Below, one piece after another: positions 1 to 12,349 of a DNA stretch of 32,000 bases. The translations under genes were made by a program, and so were the position numbers. Under the pieces are notes generated by a model. That model had not been told where the DNA came from, made no database searches, and worked only from the letters and a program-made list of their open reading frames with translations. How positions within the stretch are numbered: position 1 is the stretch's first letter; each line of letters begins with the position of its first letter. The stretch is from Mycobacterium leprae TN. Its GTDB lineage: Bacteria > Actinomycetota > Actinomycetes > Mycobacteriales > Mycobacteriaceae. Location: positions 330,001 through 362,000 of the forward strand of contig NC_002677.1 in NCBI RefSeq assembly GCF_000195855.1. The letters are read 5' to 3'.

Positions 1-1
1 G

Positions 2-1741
2 GAGGACGCGTTTGGCTTCACCGAGACCGTCGACCAGCTCACCGCGATCACCGAGGTCAAGGGCGATATGGAAAAGTCGGTGCCGATGGACCGAGTGATC
101 TGCGGTGACGTTGGTTACGGCAAGGCCGAGATCGCGGTGCGTGCGGCGTTCAAGGCAGTGCAGGACGGCAAGCAGGTTGCCGTATTGGTACCGACCACAT
201 TGCTGGCCGACCAGCATCTGCGGACGTTCACCGAACGGATGGCCGGATTTCCGGTGACTGTCAAGGGGTTGTCACGGTTCACCGACGCCGCCGAGTCTCG
301 CGCGGTGATCGACGGCCTTGCCGAGGGGTCGGTGGACATCGTGATCGGCACGCATCGGCTGCTGCAGACCGGGGTGTGCTGGAAGGATCTGGGTCTAGTC
401 GTGGTTGACGAGGAACAGTGGTTCGGCGTCGAGCACAAGGAGCACATCAAGTCGCTGCGCACCCACGTCGACGTGCTGACCATGAGCGCCACCCCGATCC
501 CGCGCACCCTAGAGATGAGCTTGGCTGGGATTCGCGAGATGTCGACGATCCTGACGCCGCCCGAAGAGCGCTACCCGGTTTTGACTTATGTAGGGCCGCA
601 CGATGACAAGCAGGTCGCGGCTGCGCTGCGGCGCGAACTTCTGCGCGATGGGCAGGCGTTTTATGTGCATAACCGGGTCAGCTCCATCTATCAGGCCGCT
701 GCCCGGGTGTGTGGCTTGGTGCCCGAAGCGCGCGTGGTGGTCGCGCATGGGCAGATGCCCGAGGATCTGCTGGAAACCACCATGCGGGGGTTCTGGAACC
801 GCGAATACGACATCTTAGTGTGCACCACGATCGTGGAGACCGGCTTGGACATCCCCAACGCCAACACGCTCGTCGTCGAGCGCGCCGATACCTTCGGTCT
901 GTCTCAGCTGCACCAGCTGCGGGGTCGGGTCGGCCGTAGCCACGAGCGTGGTTACGCCTACTTCCTCTACCCGCCGCAGGCGCCGCTGACGGAGATCGCC
1001 TACGACCGGTTGGTGACCATCGCACAGAACAATGAGCTGGGAGCGGGCATGGCGGTCGCGCTCAAGGACCTAGAGATCCGCGGCGCCGGCAACGTGCTAG
1101 GTGTCGAGCAGTCCGGGCACGTAGCAGGGGTCGGATTCGACCTTTATGTGCGGCTGGTGGGTGAGGCCGTCGAGGCGTACCGAGCCGTTGCCGACGGCAA
1201 AACCGCCATTACTCCGGAGGAGCCGAAGGATGTACGGATCGACTTGCCGGTGGATGCACACCTGCCGCCAGATTACATCGCCAGTGATCGGCTCCGACTT
1301 GAAGGCTACCGGCGGTTGGCCGCGGCGTCTTCTGACACAGAGGTAGCGGCCGTTGTGGACGAGCTCATTGATCGCTACGGGGCACTGCCAGAGCCGGCCC
1401 AGCGGTTGGTGGCGGTGGCTCAGTTGCGGCTGCTGTGTCGAGGCTCGGGCATCATCGAAGTGACCGCCCCGTCGGCCTCTACCATGCGGTTGTCCCCAAT
1501 TAGGCTGATAGATTCCGCCCAAGTGAGGTTAAAGCGGATGTATCCCGGAGCGCAGTACCGTGCTACCGCGGCCACGGTCCAGGTTCCTATACCGCGAGCC
1601 GGCAGCTCCGGGGGAACCTTAGGTGTCCCGTGTATCCGCGATGTGGAATTGGTTCAGGCGGTGGCTGACTTGATCACGGCGCTGCAGGGCCTACCGAGGA
1701 AGGTTATTGGCATAACGGGACCGGAACCGACATCGAAGTGA
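2..1741 (+). CDS. mfd: Transcription-repair coupling factor Mfd, C-terminal part including the SF2 translocase domain; 5' end lies outside the window
   Basis: The frame is open from base 2 ([25 protein letters not shown]...) to the stop at 1741. Diagnostic Mfd motifs: GDVGYGKx[11 protein letters not shown], DEEQxFGVEHKE, [34 protein letters not shown]. Several normally conserved motif residues are substituted (see findings). Confidence 0.95.
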   Translation, partial: EDAFGFTETVDQLTAITEVKGDMEKSVPMDRVICGDVGYGKAEIAVRAAFKAVQDGKQVAVLVPTTLLADQHLRTFTERMAGFPVTVKGLSRFTDAAESRAVIDGLAEGSVDIVIGTHRLLQTGVCWKDLGLVVVDEEQWFGVEHKEHIKSLRTHVDVLTMSATPIPRTLEMSLAGIREMSTILTPPEERYPVLTYVGPHDDKQVAAALRRELLRDGQAFYVHNRVSSIYQAAARVCGLVPEARVVVAHGQMPEDLLETTMRGFWNREYDILVCTTIVETGLDIPNANTLVVERADTFGLSQLHQLRGRVGRSHERGYAYFLYPPQAPLTEIAYDRLVTIAQNNELGAGMAVALKDLEIRGAGNVLGVEQSGHVAGVGFDLYVRLVGEAVEAYRAVADGKTAITPEEPKDVRIDLPVDAHLPPDYIASDRLRLEGYRRLAAASSDTEVAAVVDELIDRYGALPEPAQRLVAVAQLRLLCRGSGIIEVTAPSASTMRLSPIRLIDSAQVRLKRMYPGAQYRATAATVQVPIPRAGSSGGTLGVPCIRDVELVQAVADLITALQGLPRKVIGITGPEPTSK

Positions 1742-1759
1742 GGAATAACAGGTTCGGTG

Positions 1760-2630
1760 AACGTGGTTTTGTTTGACCCGCGTTGCCCTGGTCACTGCCG
1801 GCGGCGCGTCCTGCGCATTCCGGTGATGATGTGCCGCTGTTGTTGTCGTCCGACCCGAGCCGCCTCGCCGTCATTGTGTGACCGACCTCCGGTTCCCGGC
1901 TGATTTCGGCACCGGAGGCTCCGCATGGCGAGCGGCTGGTCGACGCCTTCGCGATGATGCACAAACTGCGCACAGCTGGCCTTTGGGAAGGGGACTAGAT
2001 CCACGACTCGTTGCGTGAAGAACTAGGCTACGTGTTGTTACAGGTTCTCTTCCATGCTTGCATCGTAGAGGGCGTGCTGCAACTTCCTTTCACTGTCGAA
2101 GACGTCGCTGTTGCGCTGATGGGCAAGTTGTGCCATCGAGTACTGGCAGTGCTTGCAGTCAGCCAATTTCGCCTGATAACCAATTAGCTCAGTGGGAAGA
2201 GTGCACGGACCCTGAAAAGCAGCGGAACTCAGTGATAGACGACGTCTGTGTCGGCCAGTCTGCATTAGTTTTTGGAGCAAAAGGGGATTCAACGTTCCGA
2301 AAAAACTAGATGGCCTGCTGGCCTGATCCTCAACCAGATCACTTTAATCTCGATATCCGGTGATGTAGACGTTGAGTCGCGCAGCTGTTTTGGAGTTTGT
2401 GTATACGGTCTGCGGCGGTGAGGAAGCTATTGTCGCCGCGCGCTGCGGCGAAAGCATGCTTAAATAGTTTGACGTAAACTCTACTCGGCTAGATAGCCGA
2501 TGACGTCATGGCGCGCCCACTGGCCATCCGGCACCTAGGCTGTCGGCGAGGAGTCCGAGCCGCAGAATGCCGATTCCGACGAGAACAGCGCAGCGGATAC
2601 CGGGGGTCTCGAGACGACTCCAAGCTTGAC
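1760..2630 (+). pseudogene. mazG: Decayed nucleoside triphosphate pyrophosphohydrolase (MazG, Rv1021-like)
   Basis: Fragments in several frames resemble mycobacterial MazG: 'VVLFDPRCP', 'LLSSDPSR', 'SRLISAPEAPHGERLVDAFAMMHKLRTAG', 'LREELGYVLLQVLFHA', 'NQLAQWEECTDPEKQRNSVIDDVCVGQSAL'. Separated by stops and frameshifts; directly follows mfd as in Mtb. Boundaries approximate. Confidence 0.85.
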
Positions 2631-2923
2631 GCCGAACCCAAAGTGTCTAAGCGGTGCTAACACCGGTACATCCGCATTTCCAACCAGCAATCACCATAGT
2701 GTTTGCTATAATGACTTTCCTGTATTAATTGACCTTTAGATCAATTAATACAACCAACACCGAATACCCATACTAGCTGTATGTTGTTAGTAGCTGATCG
2801 ATAATCCACTGGAGTCGATGCAGTGTCGGTGCGCCACGGCCCTGCAGCGACGGGGTAATCGGCAAATCGATCGGACGATGATCAGGCCGAAGTCGGTGCC
2901 GGGGAATCATAAGGGTAGTGTGG

Positions 2924-3668
2924 TATCGCCGATACCTTGGTTGCGTACGGTCGCCGTGATCGGCGCGACCGTAACGCTGCTGGCGTCCAGCTGTACCTGA
3001 CCACGCTAGCCTTTTCATTTCCGAACGTTGTCTCGTCTCCAGCCGGAGATCCTGCCCCGTCGGTGGACACCCATGCCGACGATCGACCCGCCGATCAGTT
3101 CAGTTGCGTGTGTGTGGGCGGAGAAACGCTTTGCGGCGTTCGACAATCCGGTCATCGCGCTGGAGGTCTATGCTTATACTGCCCGCACCGTTGAGGTCTA
3201 GAACCCCAAGTGCCGTATTGCGTGGCTCCTGCCGGCTGGCATCGTGCAGGTGGAGAACCCACTGCGGCGCGACGCTGGTACCCAATAGTGCTTTAGCCCT
3301 TCTATTAAGAAGGTGTTCATCTTAAACAGTAAGAGTACCAGCGACACCGTACGCGTCGTCGATAACGATGAGGGCGGTATGTAGGCTTATGGCTGGGAGG
3401 ACGCGAGTGATGGTACCGATGCAGTTTATTTCGGAAACGTCGCGGTTGTACGGGGTCGATGCCAACAACGACGGCGTTGCTAGCCCGGACAACATTTACT
3501 ACGCCACGTTGTCGGCCGCTGGCTGTTTGTGCTGACTCGGAAAAGATCTGGCGCCACCACGAAGGTCGGATCACTGCGCTGCCCGCCTACAACAACTCCT
3601 GTGTGTGTCTATGCACAGGCCGTCCGAGATTAAGGCGACTGCTTACGCGGCTGGTCACCCGCTGTAGA
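2924..3668 (+). pseudogene. lpqU: Decayed lipoprotein LpqU-like (Rv1022) gene
   Basis: 'GSVVSPIPWLRTVAVIGATVTLLASSCT*' (signal peptide plus lipobox-like C), 'VDTHADDRPADQF', later 'GVDANNDG' and 'AYNNSCVC' segments in shifted frames; located between the mazG remnant and eno. Confidence 0.85.
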
Positions 3669-3681
3669 AAAATAGATTTAG

Positions 3682-5094
<1,413 letters not shown>

Positions 5095-5128
5095 GTGACA
5101 GCCAATCAGGAACACTGCTAGATTTCCC

Positions 5129-5812
5129 ATGTCCGAAGCGAAACGGCTAGATCCGAAGCGCCGCTCCCCGGCATCGCGTCCGGGGAAAGCCGGCGACTCG
5201 GTTCGAGGTCGTCGCTCCACCAAGCCCGTCGCTAAGCTGTCCGTCAAGCCTTCCCGGACTACACCGGCATCGTCCCACTCCGGTCGTAACTCGACGCGGA
5301 TGCTGACTCAGCATGTGGTTGAGCCTATCAGACAGTCGATCATCGAATCCCGTGAACGGCGGTCCGATCAGCAGTTGGGTTTTACCGCGCGGCGCGCGGC
5401 GGTGCTGGCCGCCGTTGTTTGTGTGCTGACACTGACCATTGCCGGGCCTGTACGCACCTACTTCGCGCAACACGCCGAGATAGAGCAGTTGGCGGCAACC
5501 GAAGCCACATTGCGCCGCCAAATTGCAGATCTCGAGCAGCAGAAAGGCAAACTCGCTGACTCGGCCTACATTGCGGCGCGGGCCCGCGAGCGCCTCGGTT
5601 TTGTGATGCCCGGAGATGTGCCGTTTCAAGTCCAGCTTCCATCGACGGCTGCGGTGTCCTCGCAACCAGGGGGCCGCGCCGCGAAACCAGCCAACAACGA
5701 CCCGTGGTACACTTCGCTATGGCATAATATCGCTGATGCTCCGCACCTACCGCCAGGTGCCGGCACGCCGCCGTTTTCACTCACTCCGCTATCCACTACG
5801 TCCGGTGGTTGA
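5129..5812 (+). CDS. Septum-formation-initiator family membrane protein (FtsB/DivIC-like; Rv1024-like)
   Basis: Basic, Ser/Pro-rich N-terminus, one TM segment (AAVLAAVVCVLTLTIAGPVRTYF), then a coiled coil (AEIEQLAATEATLRRQIADLEQQKGKLADSAYIAARARERLGFVMPGD). Position after eno is conserved. Confidence 0.9.
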   Translation: MSEAKRLDPKRRSPASRPGKAGDSVRGRRSTKPVAKLSVKPSRTTPASSHSGRNSTRMLTQHVVEPIRQSIIESRERRSDQQLGFTARRAAVLAAVVCVLTLTIAGPVRTYFAQHAEIEQLAATEATLRRQIADLEQQKGKLADSAYIAARARERLGFVMPGDVPFQVQLPSTAAVSSQPGGRAAKPANNDPWYTSLWHNIADAPHLPPGAGTPPFSLTPLSTTSGG

Positions 5813-6308
5813 CCGTGCCGATCTGGAAGCAGTGGCTCGGCACCTAGGTCGCGAGCCTCGCGGGGTCCTCGAGATCGCCTACCGTTGCCCCAGCGGTGAG
5901 CCCGGTGTTGTCAAAACCGCTCCGAAACTTGATGACGGCACCCCGTTTCCGACGTTGTATTACCTAACGCATCCGGTCCTCATTGCCGCAGCGAGCCGGC
6001 TGGAATCGACCGGACTGATGCGCGAGATGACCGAGCGACTGGGCCAGGATCCCGAGCTGGCTGCCGGGTATCGACGAGCACACGAATCGTATCTGACCGA
6101 GCGGGATGCAATCGAGTCGCTGGGGACCACGTTCTCTGCTGGAGGTATGCCCGACCGGGTTAAGTGTCTGCACGTGCTGATTGCTCATTCGCTGGCCAAG
6201 GGGCCCGGGTTGAACTCGCTCGGTGACGAGGTGCTCGCGCTGTTGGCCGCCGATCCGAAGACGGCTGCGACCCTAGTAGCAGGGCAATGGAAGGAATGTG
6301 ACCGGTGA
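5805..6308 (+). CDS. DUF501 family protein (Rv1025-like)
   Basis: Likely GTG start at 5805: (V)VDRADLEAVARHLGREPRGVLEIAYRCPSGEPGVVKTAPKLDDGTPFPTLYYLTHP... CLHVLIAHSLAKGPGLNSLGDEVLAL. Overlaps the upstream stop by 8 nt. The track start at 5616 is too far upstream. Confidence 0.9.
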   Translation: MVDRADLEAVARHLGREPRGVLEIAYRCPSGEPGVVKTAPKLDDGTPFPTLYYLTHPVLIAAASRLESTGLMREMTERLGQDPELAAGYRRAHESYLTERDAIESLGTTFSAGGMPDRVKCLHVLIAHSLAKGPGLNSLGDEVLALLAADPKTAATLVAGQWKECDR

Positions 6309-7258
6309 GTCGGGTCGCCGCGATTGACTGTGGTACCAACTCGATTCGGTTGCTGATTGCCGATGTGGCGGGCAGGAAGTTGCGCGATGTGCATCGTGAG
6401 ATGAGGATCGTGCGGCTGGGACAAGGAGTCGACGCAACGGGCGAGTTTGCGCTGGACGCGATTGCCCGGACCCGGGCCGCGCTGGTCGATTATACTGCGC
6501 TGCTAAGTGCTCACCGCGTCGAACGGGTGCGCATGGTTGCCACGTCGGCCGCGCGCGATGTCGTCAATCGTGATGTGCTCTTTGCAATGACAGCCGACGT
6601 GCTTGGCACCGTGATCCCTGGATCTGTAGCGGAGGTGATCACCGGGGCCGAGGAAGCTGACCTGTCTTTTGATGGTGCTGTCGGCGAATTAGATAGCGCT
6701 GGTGCGCCTTTCGTCGTTATCGACTTAGGTGGTGGATCTACCGAGATCGTTCTTGGTGGTGGTTCGGCGGAGTGCGGGGTCGTGGCGAGCTATTCGGCCG
6801 ACATCGGCTGCGTGCGGCTTACAGAACGTTGTTTGCACTCCGATCCGCCGACACCCGAGGAAGTCGCTGCGGCCCGCAAGGTGGTACGTGAACGGCTCGA
6901 AGTGGCATTGCAGATGGTATCGGTTGAGCAAGCACGGACCTGGGTTGGGCTGGCTGGGACGATGACCACACTGTCTGCCCTGGCACAGAATATGATGACG
7001 TACGACGCTGCGGCCATTCATCTTTCGCGAGTGCGCGGCAGTGATCTCATGGAAGTCTGTGACAGGCTGATCGGCATGACGCGCGTACAGCGCGTCGCGC
7101 TGCCGTCGATGCATGCGAGCCGGGCCGACGTGATCGGCGGTGGTGCGGTCCTGGTCCAGGAGTTGGTGCGCGAGCTGCGTACCTGGGCGGGAATCGACGA
7201 GCTGATCGTCAGCGAACGTGACATTCTGGATGGCATCGTGCTCTCGATCGCGGGGTAA
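6305..7258 (+). CDS. ppx: Ppx/GppA family exopolyphosphatase (Rv1026-like)
   Basis: MSRVAAIDCGTNSIRLLIADV and FVVIDLGGGSTEIVLGG ASKHA-type phosphate-binding motifs; GTG start at 6305 overlaps the upstream stop by 4 nt. Confidence 0.93.
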   Translation: MSRVAAIDCGTNSIRLLIADVAGRKLRDVHREMRIVRLGQGVDATGEFALDAIARTRAALVDYTALLSAHRVERVRMVATSAARDVVNRDVLFAMTADVLGTVIPGSVAEVITGAEEADLSFDGAVGELDSAGAPFVVIDLGGGSTEIVLGGGSAECGVVASYSADIGCVRLTERCLHSDPPTPEEVAAARKVVRERLEVALQMVSVEQARTWVGLAGTMTTLSALAQNMMTYDAAAIHLSRVRGSDLMEVCDRLIGMTRVQRVALPSMHASRADVIGGGAVLVQELVRELRTWAGIDELIVSERDILDGIVLSIAG

Positions 7259-9374
7259 GCTCCGGTCGATGTCACGGCTGGTACCGCAGAATTGTTGACC
7301 GAGTGGTGGGTTGCTTAAGGTTGACCAACGGTTTGTGGTTCGCGCGGACATAGAGGAGTTGACCTGTCTCCACTGATGAGTGCACCCCAATGGCGAACCG
7401 ATATAACCAACCGTTTCGCTGCTACATTCTGTTGTCGAAAAAATTAGCATCGACTGCTTCACAAGTTTTTTTTAAAAAACTTGCCAAGGCCCTTCGACGA
7501 AGTTAACGGTTACTGCAGGGTGCAATCTGCATGACGGTCGATTATACGAATGACTCCGCTACCCATGTGCACGCGGAGAAGCGGTCAATCGAGCGGACAG
7601 TCCACGCTTTTGCGGTGTCCATAATTTTGGATTGGCTGGCTATTTGCGTTGTTCTCACTGTCTTCGTGCCATCGCTGGAAGTGGTCGAGCAAGGCGCGTT
7701 CGGTACATTGGTCAGGTGTTCCACGAAGGGAATGCCGATAGTTTAAGCGATAACCGTGTTGGAGAGTAACCAACTGCTAGGTGACGCAGCTCATAAGTAT
7801 TACGACGTAATGATACAGAACTGGTAGCAGCACGTTAAAACGTGCTAGATTTCTATGCTGATACCATAATTGCGGCAGGCGCGCAAAGCAACTATATTAA
7901 GGACGTATCTGTACCATTGCTTCTGGCGGGTAATCGAGGAGAGCAGCTGGTCAATGAATCCCGTGAATGCCGTCCGTAAGATCGTCGCATATATACCTGC
8001 TCTGCCTGGTATTCAGACTTATGTAACAGGGGCATCGCCACTTATTGTGGATATGCGGCGCAGTGGTGAGACATTGGTGTTCGAGATCGCCGTGGCTTCG
8101 GTCGTTGTTATTTTGTTGTGTTGCTATTTTTCTATCGTTCGGTCATTAGCATCATTGCTTTGTCGTTCATGGTCACAGTTTAATTGACTGTGGTACGTGC
8201 AGTTGCCGATCTTCTCATGCATAGCGGTGCAGTTGGTCTTACCACCTTGTTAGGTCGTTTATATTTTAGACCGGCAAGGATTACGGGAGTTTCCTCTTCA
8301 GAGGCAGTATCAAGAGGAGAACCAGGCCGGCGAAACTAAAGGGTCCGCCTTTTATATCATGTACCGCGTAGCCGTTCATATCATTTTGGGAACTGACTTG
8401 ACTATTGCTGGTGCTATTTTGTGACTCGAATTTGCCCGGAGGCCCTCTTTTAGGAGCCTGGCGATTCTCACCGCGGGTAGAGGATGCTGATTACTTTGGC
8501 GGTCCGCGTTGAAATGGTGGACAAGAATGCTGGTTGTTGGAAGCCGTTTTGTCCTGTTCGACTTCAAAATTTTTTATTAAAGTTTGTTTTTGACGGTGAG
8601 TTGGCACTGTGGTAGTTCGCTACCCCCTGCCCGTTCTGACTGTCAGCAATGGTGATTGCTCTTGTCGGCTTTCGGGCTTCTGTGATTTATGATCAACTAC
8701 AATGACCTGGAATATTTACCCAACTTCGCTCCGGAAAATGAAGGATTTTCTGTCACGAATAATCACTTCTACTCTGCCCGTATGAAGCCAGATATTTTAT
8801 ACGATAAAATTGGATAATAATATGCTAAATACGGCGGATTTTTTGATACTGGACAAGCTGGATAAAGGAATATTTCGCGTTACGCTAATCTGGCGTGTGC
8901 CGACCATTTTCCGATCCGACTAAACAGCAATCCATCACCCGCAAATACTGTTTTAGATCGGCATGTGGAACACATGTTCATGTACAGTTTTTATTGTTTA
9001 GTACTAACGTATGAATGAATTGCGTAAAGTATGCTCACTAGATAGCTAAAAAACGGCTACTATATAGAAATATGGACACTTTTTCATCGAATTTCGAGAA
9101 TATATACCGCCTGGATGATGATACTGTAGAGATGTGAGAAATAGCTAATTTGGTACACAAAATAATATCGCAGATTTGACTATTTTGGGTGACCAAATCG
9201 CAGCTATTTATATCGGGTAAAAGCTGCTTAGTTATGTTAACATTCTGGCCATTTCAGTCGATATTTGACGTATTGAGTAGCTTGGAGTGGGACGGAGACC
9301 CTGCAATTCACCGAGGACTCCTTGGCGGGCGTGCCGAGTGTAGAGGACTAGTCAGGAATTCGTAATCGGAAGTC

Positions 9375-10020
9375 TCACCTGAAAATTGTTCGGTTGTTAG
9401 CTGATTCGGTGATAACCGAGCCATGATGCGCCTTGACGATCCAGCTTACGATGGCCTGGCTCAAGCTATTGCCTAACCCATTATCCCAGGATTTGCCCGA
9501 GCAGACGAACTGCTTGAATAGCCGTGGCAGGGTGTCGACGTCAACTGTCAGACCCATCGTTACTAATCGCCCGTTTGTCGTCTGGCCCACTGGGGTCGCC
9601 GCGTTGACGAGTGAGCTCGTCGTCACTGTTACGCCCGGCGGCGTGTGTACTCGGGCGTTGCTGAGCAGGTTGCTGACGAATTGGTGGCGTTGGGCGTGCT
9701 CACCTCGGCTCTATACCGGTTTGTCAGGCAGGTAATCGATCCAACGGTGCGTCGAGTCGCGCTTCCGCGTTTGTTCACTGCGGGAATCACCAGTTAGGCT
9801 AAGTCGCCATCGCTGGTAAAGGGTATCGTGGGTAGCTCCGCGATGACTCCGGCGTAACGGGCGAAGGGTGTATCCGGGGCCCCACCCGAACCGTGAGCGC
9901 CGCCGTGACCAGCGGTGCGCTAGCCATAAGAACGATGGTGGTTATGTTCTTTCGTGCAATGATTTGGTTGGTGAGGGTAGGAGCGACACGCCGACGACAA
10001 GGATGTCGGGATCCTTCCAC
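9375..10020 (-). pseudogene. Decayed sensor histidine kinase (TrcS-like)
   Basis: Minus-strand translation gives 'LSNLLSNARVHTPPGVTVT' (N-box-like), then 'LPRLFKQFVCSGKSWDNGLGNSLSQAIVSWIVKAHHGSVITESANNRTIFRV' (degenerate F- and G-box region); N-terminal basic/hydrophobic segment 'LTNQIIARKNITTIVLMASAPLVTAALTV'. Directly downstream of a response-regulator remnant. Confidence 0.75.
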
Positions 10021-10499
10021 ACGGCAGTCAACCCGCTAGGGTTCCCGGCTGCCGAGGTTTTCGGTATGGGTCAGGCCGTCATTCACATCTGCGTTTCGAG
10101 AGCGCGTACCGCGTCGAGCGGCGCGGGGCGCGGCTGGTTTTCGGAGAAGAAGCTTGCCAAGCCTACCATGACGCCGTTGTTTAGCACGGTTAAGGTTTAC
10201 GGGCGTCTGTTCGGTGAATTCCAGCTGCGCCTTTTACAACGGCGAAGTATTGGCATGTGCAGAAGTATGTTCGCCGTTGAGGCATCTAGCGTATGGGTTA
10301 TCTAATGTGTGCAGACCCTCGGTGACCGTTGCGTATTTATCGCGGTGACATACCTGCGTGGGCTCAGCACGAAGACGACGCCGACGGCTACCAAGCACTA
10401 CACTGACGACAGCTCGTACGCCTAACAGCAACCTGGTGGCGCAACGGAACGGGTGAGTCATTATAGGAACTTTTCTGGATCGGACGTTTCGGTCTGTCG

Positions 10500-11150
10500 C
10501 CATATGGAGGCGTTCGGGAGTTATTCCGGTGGCCGCAGAATTGGCGCAGACGGTATGGATCATCGGTTTCTTACCGGAGTCGATCATTTCCTCCAATAAG
10601 AGATGGATAGATCGACGATGTTTGGTGCGCCTAGCGAAGGCGTAGTTCCAGACCTGGTCGATGGCAGCAGCGATATCGGCGTGCCGCTGCCGGGTAACTC
10701 ATGCGTCTGGCGGTGTCGACTTGCAAGTCGCCGACTTTGAGGACCTCGGCTGCGAGTGGGGGGTAGCTTGGTGGAGCGCCGCAACAACCCACGGAGTCGA
10801 GCGATCAGCTCCTCGAGGCTGAACGGCTTGGTCATGTCGTCGTTAGTTACCTACAGTTTAGGTTGGTTACTCGGTTCCTGACCGAGTTGCGCGCGTTAAG
10901 GAACAGCGTCGGGGTGTACGGTTGGACGCTTGGATTTGCTGTAGAATTCGTAGTACTTCCATGTCGGGGAGCACGATGTCAAGGACCAGTATGTCAGGGG
11001 CTGACCTTGTCAAACTTGGTTAGGGCTTCGTGTCCGTTGTGTACGCTTTACATCGCCCGGCCTTCATAGTGTAGGGCCATCTTCACCGGGTTGGTCAACG
11101 CCGGATCGTTGTCGACCAGCAAAACTCGGATCGGTGTTCCGGTGGCCTGA
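10500..11150 (-). pseudogene. Decayed OmpR-family response regulator (TrcR-like)
   Basis: Minus strand: 'PIRVLLVDNDPALTNPVKMALHYEGR' (receiver start) and 'TKPFSLEELIARLRGLLRRS' (receiver end/linker), separated by frameshifts. Regulator-then-kinase order on the minus strand matches trcR-trcS. Confidence 0.8.
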
Positions 11151-11754
11151 TAGATCTAAGGCAGCTGCCCAAGAGGATCCTAGCTACTCACATCCCGACA
11201 TTGCGGTATTTTCCTCATTTTTCTTGAGCACGTAATCTGATTATCGTAAATTATCCAATATGGATGCATTACCCAATTTCGGGCTGGAGTCCGAGCACCT
11301 ATGTGTTTACTAGTGCTGTATCAGTCTTCTTAATGTAGATAGTAAGCCAAAAAAATACTGTTATGTATATTTATTTGTCTTATGGATCGGCCACAATTGA
11401 CGTCAACTCCAGGCCCAGCCATGATTCGTCTGTCAGACCCGAGAGCACCGACTGGTAACCACTGTTGGCGCCATGCAGTTCGACGGCAAGTCCGTCTCAG
11501 CCCGCGTGCGGACAGGCACGGTGGCGGGCGGTCATCTCAGTTCGGCACGGCCCCGGTGTTGACGGCGGGTGTGGGCGTTTCCAGGCTGGCAACAGGGAGT
11601 ATGGCCGGGCGCGAGCCCGAGGTATGGGGCAGCAGGTTGTATTCCGCGCCAAGCTGATTCGGTGTTTGCTGGTTGGGTAAGGCTGTTTCCCAGTACACAC
11701 GAAAGGCCTGCACACCGCTTCGTATGCGTGACTTTCGTTGTGTGGTGTCAGGCT

Positions 11755-11926
11755 TATTGGCTTCTACGGCGTTGTCGGTGCTGGCCATGTTGTGTTACAG
11801 GAGGTCTGTAACTTTTGGGAGTGGGCGTGCTTGTAAATCAATGGATCCGGCCCAAAATCTTCGACAGTAAGCACATTACGGATGATGGCCCTATGGGCAT
11901 CGACATCGCTGAACTGATGATCATTG
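11755..11926 (-). pseudogene. Decayed WXG100 protein (EsxI/EsxL-like), internally deleted
   Basis: Minus strand: '[17 protein letters not shown]' + 'VLTVEDF' + 'NMASTDNAVEAN', matching the order of 'INYQFGDVDAHGAMIR', 'DVLTASDFW' and 'NNMAQTDSAVGSSW' from EsxI/L-family proteins; the WXG centre is missing. Confidence 0.8.
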
Positions 11927-11952
11927 TGATAGCGCTCCTGACATGTTAATGG

Positions 11953-12250
11953 CTAGCTGTCCAGGAGACGTTGCAATGCTTGCTCTAGTTGCTCGTAGTT
12001 GTTGGCGCGTGCGCACTAGGCCGTCGCGTACCCCGTGCAGCACGTTCACGATGTTGCGAAACGCTTGATTCATCTGCTCCATAGTGTCGTAGGAAGTCGC
12101 CTGTTAAGTCCCACTCCAGCCAGAGCCCGCGATATTCAGTGACGAAGCCCACATCTTGAGGGCCTCGCCCTCGACCGTTTGGGCTTGCATCTCAAGTCGG
12201 CTCACCATGTCCCGCATCGCGTGCGGATCGGTCATAAAACGTGGTGCCAT
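11953..12250 (-). pseudogene. Decayed WXG100 protein of the QILSS subfamily (EsxJ/EsxK-like)
   Basis: Minus strand from ATG at 12250: [78 protein letters not shown], then a frameshift into ...[14 protein letters not shown] motif kept; in-frame TAA right after it and a +1 frameshift near the end (298 nt versus 297 expected). Confidence 0.93.
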
Positions 12251-12349
12251 GTTGCTCTACTCTCTTGATCGTACAGTCTTTAGTTTGTCGAAATCATTTG
12301 TGTTTGTAATAGGTGCAGCGGAAACCGCATAACGGCTAGGTTACGGCTT

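Noticed and set aside
5616-5804. N-terminal extension of the DUF501 ORF
   Set aside because: It lies entirely within the FtsB-like gene and has spurious composition; GTG at 5805 yields the expected VDRADLEAVARHLGR start.
8200-9370. AT-rich interval considered as a possible phage or horizontally acquired island
   Set aside because: No integrase, transposase, phage gene or intact foreign ORF seen; AT enrichment can also come from long-term pseudogene decay, so only low-level interest is kept.
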